Source: an uncultured Candidatus Saccharibacteria bacterium
Lineage (GTDB): Bacteria > Patescibacteriota > Minisyncoccia > Phycocordibacterales > UBA6065
Direction of reading: 5' to 3'
DNA: 64,000 nt
Assembly: GCA_964495425.1 (NCBI GenBank)
Contig: CAZBVG010000001.1
Span: 84,054-148,053, forward strand
The position numbers and the translations under genes were made by a program. Of the stretch, positions 58,211 through 64,000 are shown one piece after another. The notes below the pieces were generated by a model that was not told where the DNA came from, searched no databases, and was given only the letters and a program-made list of their open reading frames with translations. Position 1 is the first letter of the stretch. Each line of letters starts with the position of its first letter.

Positions 58211-58834
58211 TTACGCAACGATAGATACAAGCACACCCTTTCGACCAGGAAGAGATCCGTGCACTACGATTTCATTAGACTCAGGCTTTACCTGAAGAAC
58301 CTTGAGGTTCTTAACGGTGACCATGTCGCCACCCATTCGTCCTGGCATTCGCTTGCCCTTGTTAACACGACCTGAACCGACGCGGCCTCGGCCGTTAATA
58401 GAACCAACTTCTCGCTCAGAGTGTTTCTGACCGTGAGTTCGTGAACCTCCCTTGAAGTGATGTCGCTTAACAGCACCCTGGAAGCCCTTACCCTTTGATT
58501 CTGATCGAACAGTTACATTGTCGCCTGCAGCAAAAGTTGAGAGATCAATTTTATCTCCTACCTTAAACTTTGACGCTTCCTCTGTTCGGAATTCGCCCAT
58601 ATGTCGGAAAGATCCATTCGCATTCTTGAGATGACCTTTAACCGCCTTTGAAAGTCGGAATTCTTTTTGTTCACCGAAACCAACCTGAAGACCAGCATAA
58701 CCGTCCTTCTCTACCGTCTTTACCTGGGTAACCGTGACAGGACCTGCTGAAAGAACCGTTGCAGGATATGCACGGCCGTTTTCATCAAAAATCTGTGTCA
58801 TGGCTACTTTCGTGCCAAGTATGAATTTCTTCAT
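58211..58834 (-). CDS. rplC: 50S ribosomal protein L3
   Basis: The start is taken at MKKFILGTKVAMTQIFDENG. The longer listed ORF start is an upstream extension. Confidence 0.85.
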   Translation of the reverse strand: MKKFILGTKVAMTQIFDENGRAYPATVLSAGPVTVTQVKTVEKDGYAGLQVGFGEQKEFRLSKAVKGHLKNANGSFRHMGEFRTEEASKFKVGDKIDLSTFAAGDNVTVRSESKGKGFQGAVKRHHFKGGSRTHGQKHSEREVGSINGRGRVGSGRVNKGKRMPGRMGGDMVTVKNLKVLQVKPESNEIVVHGSLPGRKGVLVSIVA

Positions 58835-58988
58835 AGCAGTTGTATTACTAAATCGTTTAGCGCGAGCGCGGAACTTGAGGCTCCGTAGGCTCTCTAAAAC
58901 CTTATAATTAAAAAGAAGCTCCTGCTTCTCTCGTGGCGAACATAGTACCTTAAAGGTCGGAATATTGCAAATATGGTGTAGATGCAAT

Positions 58989-59016
58989 AAAAAAGGCGCG
59001 CGTATCCTCGCGCGCC
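58989..59016 (-). terminator. Intrinsic terminator after the inserted ORF and upstream of rplC
   Basis: On the minus transcript the sequence is GGCGCGCGAGGAUACGCGCGCC followed by UUUUUUAUU. Confidence 0.55.
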
Positions 59017-59023
59017 CGTCTAT

Positions 59024-59395
59024 TTACACGAATATTGAATCCGGATTTCGATCCAGAACGAAGGAAAAGAGATCGACGATAGCCGGGGCTTTATCATTGA
59101 GCGGAATGAACTTAATCTCGTAATATTCAATCGGATCCTCTTCCTTGAGGTCATGATTGATCCTAAAAGCCAGCTCTACGACTGGTACCCGCTGAATAAA
59201 TTTAGCCCTGATTCGCTCAATCGCCTCCTTGTCATCCCGTGCTGTAAGCACAATAGGATGTGGACGCTTCGAAATCGTGATGATATTTCGCACCTTCTCC
59301 CCATTATCACCATTCTCATGAGCTGGAGGATGAAGCACCTGATGCTCTGCCTCTATCGTAAGATATGGTTCCCACACTATTGCTACATAGGTCAT
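59024..59395 (-). CDS. Hypothetical protein inserted between rpsJ and rplC
   Basis: A 123-aa ORF in operon orientation with no motif and flanking terminators. Confidence 0.45.
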   Translation of the reverse strand: MTYVAIVWEPYLTIEAEHQVLHPPAHENGDNGEKVRNIITISKRPHPIVLTARDDKEAIERIRAKFIQRVPVVELAFRINHDLKEEDPIEYYEIKFIPLNDKAPAIVDLFSFVLDRNPDSIFV

Positions 59396-59449
59396 AAGTG
59401 GACTCTCCTTTCTCTACCATACTCTTTCTATTCAAAAAAGAAAAGTGTG

Positions 59450-59489
59450 CAAAACAAAACACCGCGCTAGATGCGCGGTGTTTTGTTTG
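59450..59489. terminator. Bidirectional intrinsic terminator after rpsJ
   Basis: AACACCGCGC-TAGAT-GCGCGGTGTT between A- and T-runs. Confidence 0.55.
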
Positions 59490-59870
59490 TTAAATCATCT
59501 TAACGTCGATGTTTACTCCTGAAGGGAGAGACATATTCGTAAGAGCTTCGATTATTTTTGCATTAGGATTCAAGATATCGATGAGTCGCTTGTGCACTCG
59601 CATCTCAAACTGCTCTCGCGCATTTTTATAGACGAATGACGAGCGGTTTACCGTATATTTCTTGATTTCCGTAGGAAGAGGTACTGGACCAAGAACCTGG
59701 ACGTCATAGCGGAGAGCTGTATCGATGATCTGCTTTACCGATGCGTCGAGGATTTTGTTCTCGTACGCTCGAACGCGGATTCGAAGTCGAGGTGATGCGT
59801 CAGCTTTGACTGCTGCCTTTTTAGGAGCTGCCTTTGCCTTGCCCACTGTCTTTTTAATTGCTTCTGCCAT
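59490..59870 (-). CDS. rpsJ: 30S ribosomal protein S10 with a basic N-terminal extension
   Basis: 126 aa. Confidence 0.85.
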   Translation of the reverse strand: MAEAIKKTVGKAKAAPKKAAVKADASPRLRIRVRAYENKILDASVKQIIDTALRYDVQVLGPVPLPTEIKKYTVNRSSFVYKNAREQFEMRVHKRLIDILNPNAKIIEALTNMSLPSGVNIDVKMI

Positions 59871-59911
59871 AGTTAGGTCCTAGTCTAGTTAATTCTGCTT
59901 AAATTGCAAGT

Positions 59912-61105
59912 TTACTTAACGATTTTCGTTACAACACCTGCACCGACAGTCTTGCCACCTTCTCGGATAGCGAAGCGCTGCTTATCTTCCAAAGCGATTG
60001 GAGCATGGAGCTTTACCTTGAAGGTAACAGTGTCTCCAGGCATAACCATTTCAACACCAGGGTTGAGAGTTACTTCACCTGTAACGTCCGTTGTTCGAAC
60101 GTAGAACTGAGGCTTGTAACCATTGAAGAATGGAGTATGTCGACCTCCTTCTTCCTTCTTGAGGATGAGCACTTCTGCTTCGAACTCAGTATGAGGAGTT
60201 GTTGATCCTGGCTTTGCGAGAACCTGTCCTCGGTGAACAGCATCCTTTGCAGTACCTCGGAGGAGAATACCAGCGTTGTCTCCTGCCATACCTGACTGGA
60301 GCTGCTTGTTAAACATTTCGATACCAGTAACGGTAGTCGTTGTGGTGTCTTTGATACCAACAATTTCAACGGTATCTCCAACCTTTACCTGACCTCGTTC
60401 AATACGACCGGTAACCACAGTTCCTCGACCTTCGATTGAGAAGATGTCTTCGATAGGCATAAGGAATGGCTTGTCGGTAGCTCGTTCCGGCATAGGAATA
60501 TAGGTGTCGAGGGTATTCATGAGATCCTTGATCTTCATTGCCCACTCGTCTGTATTGTTAGCCGCCTCAAGAGCCTTGAGAGCTGATCCTCGGATAACTG
60601 GAGTAGCTGCACCGTCGTAACCGTACTTCGTGAGAAGGTCTCGAACTTCACCTTCAACGAGGTCGATCAAGTCTTTGTCTTCTACAGCGTCGCACTTGTT
60701 AAGGAAAACTACGATTCGTGGCACACCAACCTGCTTTGCAAGAAGGATGTGTTCTCGAGTCTGTGGCATCGGACCGTCAATTGCTGACACTACGAGTATA
60801 GCACCGTCCATTTGAGCGGCACCGGTGATCATGTTCTTAATGTAGTCAGCGTGACCTGGGGCGTCGATGTGAGCGTAGTGTCGAGAGTTTGACTCGTACT
60901 CTACGTGAGCGAGAGAAATAGTAACAACTTTAGATGCATCTCGAACAGTACCACCCTTAGCGATATCTGCGTATGCCTTTCCAACTGCCAAACCATCACG
61001 AGCTTGTGTCGCGAGGATCGCGGTCGTCAAAGTCGTCTTGCCGTGGTCAACGTGGCCAATAGTACCTACGTTAACGTGCGGCTTTGTTCGTGCGAATTCT
61101 GCCAT
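59912..61105 (-). CDS. tuf: Elongation factor Tu
   Basis: 397 aa. [14 protein letters not shown]-like and NKCD motifs. Confidence 0.95.
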   Translation of the reverse strand: MAEFARTKPHVNVGTIGHVDHGKTTLTTAILATQARDGLAVGKAYADIAKGGTVRDASKVVTISLAHVEYESNSRHYAHIDAPGHADYIKNMITGAAQMDGAILVVSAIDGPMPQTREHILLAKQVGVPRIVVFLNKCDAVEDKDLIDLVEGEVRDLLTKYGYDGAATPVIRGSALKALEAANNTDEWAMKIKDLMNTLDTYIPMPERATDKPFLMPIEDIFSIEGRGTVVTGRIERGQVKVGDTVEIVGIKDTTTTTVTGIEMFNKQLQSGMAGDNAGILLRGTAKDAVHRGQVLAKPGSTTPHTEFEAEVLILKKEEGGRHTPFFNGYKPQFYVRTTDVTGEVTLNPGVEMVMPGDTVTFKVKLHAPIALEDKQRFAIREGGKTVGAGVVTKIVK

Positions 61106-61338
61106 AACGTTTTTGGTAAGTTCACTCGGATCTACGCGCGAGATGGTTGCAGATCCCAGTTACTTACAAATTAATGTTCTAAGTTTGATAATCTTTCTTC
61201 AAAAATCTTACTTCTTACGGTTTGATCAATTGAAAAAAGCGCGCAAATTGCGTGAATCACATAATAGCAGACGGAAAGGCAAAGTCAATCAGCGGCGAAA
61301 TGGCACCACACATAAGAAAAAGCCGCCTTTACAGACGG

Positions 61339-61818
61339 CTACATTGAGACCACATAGACTTCCACGAGCACTATCCCACTTTGAGCAAGATCAGGATTCT
61401 TGAGACTCGGCTCAATCGATATGGTATATCCCCCTTTCGCAAAGCCCATCAAAACGGCGGCATCAAAACCTCCTTCGGCGAGTGCAAATGCACCCACCTT
61501 CGATTCAATCTGGCGCATCTCCTTCACTGAAACACTTTCAGGACCTTGCTGCCAATCATCGTTACGATAGATTTCAGTTAAGCCCTTTCGAATGATGAAA
61601 GCGGGATCAGGCAAACAAGCTCGAGTTGTAAATTGCTGTAAACTCGGACCAACAACACGGATAAGAAGAAGGCACCTGTCGACACCAACCGTGAATCCTG
61701 AAACGGCGAGCTGACCTTCTCCTACAGAAAGAATGGTAGACACATTCTGGACTCCACTCCTCTCTGCCGCGGTACACACCAAACAAAAACATATAAGGGT
61801 ACACAGAAAGTGACTCAT
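61339..61818 (-). CDS. Secreted protein, single-domain paralog of the 43030..43920 family
   Basis: The start is taken at the MSHFLCTLICFCLVCTAAERSG signal peptide. The shared motifs LLIRVVGPSL, VGAFAL and GIVLVEVY match those of the duplicated protein at 43030..43920. Confidence 0.5.
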   Translation of the reverse strand: MSHFLCTLICFCLVCTAAERSGVQNVSTILSVGEGQLAVSGFTVGVDRCLLLIRVVGPSLQQFTTRACLPDPAFIIRKGLTEIYRNDDWQQGPESVSVKEMRQIESKVGAFALAEGGFDAAVLMGFAKGGYTISIEPSLKNPDLAQSGIVLVEVYVVSM

Positions 61819-61933
61819 AGAATGAACGACTTGCCTAGTAATACTCCTGTTTGAGGTAAACTTCAACTCCGTTGTACACAAAGCAAAAGGCGGTGCATAG
61901 GATGCAACCGCCTTGTTTGATCTTCACTCGATA

Positions 61934-62044
61934 TTAGTTATCGAAGTGAAAACCACCTTCATCCTCGTGGCCACTGGGGGCCCGGATGATAGCCACCACT
62001 TCACTCAGTAGCAACACGGCTACTAAGACAATGAACAGGTTCAT
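61934..62044 (-). CDS. 36-aa membrane peptide (copy 1 of tandem pair)
   Basis: The reverse complement reads MNLFIVLVAVLLLSEVVAIIRAPSGHEDEGGFHFDN. It lies below the ORF-track size cutoff and is followed by a hairpin terminator. Confidence 0.4.
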   Translation of the reverse strand: MNLFIVLVAVLLLSEVVAIIRAPSGHEDEGGFHFDN

Positions 62045-62139
62045 AATTACATATTATCATAATTTAATATAAAAGTCAAGCATATACCCCGCTCTTAGGG
62101 TAGCAAAAGGACGCTGTAAACAGCGTCCTTTGAAATTCC

Positions 62140-62250
62140 TCAGTGGAACTTGTGATAACCGGAGTCATCCTCGTACCCCTCCTCGGAAGTAAGGAGAGCG
62201 TATGTCAGTGTAGCTGCGCAAAAGAGTATGACCCATACTAGAATATTCAT
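62140..62250 (-). CDS. 36-aa membrane peptide (copy 2 of tandem pair)
   Basis: The reverse complement reads MNILVWVILFCAATLTYALLTSEEGYEDDSGYHKFH. Its length and architecture are the same as copy 1, and it is followed by a hairpin terminator. Confidence 0.4.
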   Translation of the reverse strand: MNILVWVILFCAATLTYALLTSEEGYEDDSGYHKFH

Positions 62251-62354
62251 AATTCAAGAGATGGAACAAGCTGTACTTAGTATACACTTTTCTCTCTTTT
62301 TGTCTCCTTACTTATACACAAAACCACCCGCTTTCGCGGATGGTTTGTGTGTAT

Positions 62355-64000
62355 CTATTTTCGTGCTTCTACAATTGCCTTCTCCACGTTTGGAGGAACC
62401 ACTTCATAGTGATCGAACTCCATTGTTGAGTTACCCTGACCTGATGTCATAGATCGGAGTGCAGTTGTGTATCCGAACATTTCAGCAAGAGGTACCTTTG
62501 CAGTAATAACCTGAGCCTGACCTCGCATTGAAGTTCCTTCGATCATACCTCGCTTAGACATGATTGAACCAGTGATATCGCCCATGAACTTTTCAGGAGC
62601 AACCACCTCAACCTTCATGATAGGTTCGAGAATAACAGCCTTTGCTCGTTTACAACCGTCCTGGAATGCCATAGATGCAGCGATCTTGTACGCGATTTCA
62701 GATGAGTCCACATCGTGATATGAACCGAAGGTAAGTTCACATGAGATATTTACCATCTTGTATCCCGCGACAATACCTCGATCCATTGCTTCTCGAACTC
62801 CCTTCTCTACAGCAGGGATGAATTCGTTTGGAATCACACCTCCCTTAATTGAGTTGATGAATTCAAAGTCATCATATCGAGATACGTTCTTTGGAATCTT
62901 TTCACCTTCAACAAGCGGTGGAAGAGGCTTCAAGGTGATCTTTACGTGACCGTACTGACCTTTACCTCCAGACTGCTTGATGTACTTGTGTTCAGCTTCC
63001 GCTGTTCCGAGGATAGTTTCTCGATACGCTACCTGAGGCTTACCGACGTTAGCATTTACGCCGAATTCTCGCTTCATTCGATCCACCATGATTTCGAGGT
63101 GAAGTTCACCCATACCCGCGATCAAAGTCTCTCCTGTTTCAGGATTTGAGGTGATCTTGAATGTAGGGTCCTCATTGGCAAGCTTTCGAAGTGCTGTACC
63201 CATCTTTTCCTGGTCCGCCTTTGTAGCAGGTTCAATTCGAAGCGAGATCACAGGCTCAACGAACTTGATTGCTTCGAGAATAATAGGATTGTTTTCATCA
63301 CACAATGTGTGAGAAGTGAGAGCATCCTTAAGACCTACCGCCGCAGCAATTTCACCTGAAAACACTTTCTGTACTTCCTCTCGCTTATTTGCCTGAAGTC
63401 GCACGATTCGAGAAAGTCGCTCTTTCTTTCCGGTTGTAGAGTTGTAAATATAAGAACCTGCTTCAAGAGTACCTGAATACACTCGGAAGAATGTGAGCTG
63501 TCCTACGAATGGGTCGTTCTGGAGTTTGAATGCAAGTGCACAGAAAGGTTCCTTGTCATCTGCGTGTCGGAGAATGTCTGCGCCTGTGTTTGGATCAATA
63601 CCTTTAACAGCAGGAATATCGAGTGGAGATGGAAGATAATCTACCACCGCATCGAGTACGAGCTGCACACCCTTGTTCTTGAGAGCTGTACCAGTAAGCA
63701 CTGGAAAGATCTTGCAAGCAAGAGTCGCCTTTCGGAGCATCTTCTTGATAGTTGGTACATCGAATTCCTTTCCTTCGAGGTACTCTGTCATCATTGTGTC
63801 ATCAGTCTCAGCTACCTTTTCGATAAGTTCTGCTCGATACTTCTTTGCCTCTTCAAGCATATCTGCAGGAATCTCGTTTTCGATAACATTAATACCCATT
63901 TCCCCATCCTGGGTATAGAACTTCATCTTAATGAGGTCGATAACGCCCTTGAAGTTTTCTTCAGATCCAACAGGAATCTGAATTCGCACAGCATTTTTGT
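62355..64000 (-). CDS. fusA: Elongation factor G (partial; the 5' end lies beyond the window)
   Basis: The 544 visible aa are collinear with EF-G domains II-V and end ...VVPPNVEKAIVEARK. The frame remains open to the window edge. Confidence 0.9.
   Translation of the reverse strand, partial: KNAVRIQIPVGSEENFKGVIDLIKMKFYTQDGEMGINVIENEIPADMLEEAKKYRAELIEKVAETDDTMMTEYLEGKEFDVPTIKKMLRKATLACKIFPVLTGTALKNKGVQLVLDAVVDYLPSPLDIPAVKGIDPNTGADILRHADDKEPFCALAFKLQNDPFVGQLTFFRVYSGTLEAGSYIYNSTTGKKERLSRIVRLQANKREEVQKVFSGEIAAAVGLKDALTSHTLCDENNPIILEAIKFVEPVISLRIEPATKADQEKMGTALRKLANEDPTFKITSNPETGETLIAGMGELHLEIMVDRMKREFGVNANVGKPQVAYRETILGTAEAEHKYIKQSGGKGQYGHVKITLKPLPPLVEGEKIPKNVSRYDDFEFINSIKGGVIPNEFIPAVEKGVREAMDRGIVAGYKMVNISCELTFGSYHDVDSSEIAYKIAASMAFQDGCKRAKAVILEPIMKVEVVAPEKFMGDITGSIMSKRGMIEGTSMRGQAQVITAKVPLAEMFGYTTALRSMTSGQGNSTMEFDHYEVVPPNVEKAIVEARK

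Noticed and set aside
1-64000. CRISPR arrays, transposases or integrases
   Set aside because: No short regularly spaced direct repeats, no DDE transposase or tyrosine-recombinase motifs, and no terminal inverted repeats were recognised on inspection. Only the weak ssrA-end repeat reported above was seen.

Overview
The window reads as a contiguous fragment of a small bacterial chromosome with moderate, patchy GC content. Gene content and ribosomal-protein peculiarities look like Candidate Phyla Radiation (Patescibacteria-like) bacteria. Main blocks, left to right:

- **Type IV pilus operon on the minus strand:** a partial pilin gene at the window edge, then pilC, pilT, a lone receiver-domain regulator, pilB, three small membrane components and pilM.
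- **DNA-uptake and accessory genes:** a ComF-family phosphoribosyltransferase, a membrane-anchored metzincin protease, a histidine phosphatase, tRNA-Ser(GCT), two full-length ABC exporter genes, an HhH-GPD glycosylase, a GC-rich ORFan, recG, tRNA-Ile with anticodon TAT, ftsH, and smpB with a 387-nt tmRNA (ssrA).
- **Accessory stretch after ssrA:** secreted or surface proteins and a cupin-type glucose-6-phosphate isomerase.
- **Giant gene:** an 8.8-kb gene for a 2922-aa cyclic beta-1,2-glucan synthase-like protein (GT84 plus GH94), preceded by a HAD phosphatase.
- **Housekeeping modules:** a ZIP transporter/Fur/YibE-F zinc module; infC-rpmI-rplT; an APH-like kinase and a beta-CASP ribonuclease.
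- **Ribosomal superoperon, about 18 kb on the minus strand:** fusA (partial) to tuf, S10, spc, secY, adk, map, ndk.

The most striking pattern is in the superoperon. Five separate non-ribosomal cassettes sit at normally fused junctions (fusA|tuf, rpsJ|rplC, rplB|rpsS, rplE|rpsN, secY|adk), and each is bracketed by hairpin terminators. They encode two tandem 36-aa membrane peptides, a duplicated-domain secreted-protein paralog, two ORFans and a type IV pilin-like protein. rpmC (L29) and rpmD (L30) are missing from their canonical slots. No CRISPR array or obvious transposase was seen.
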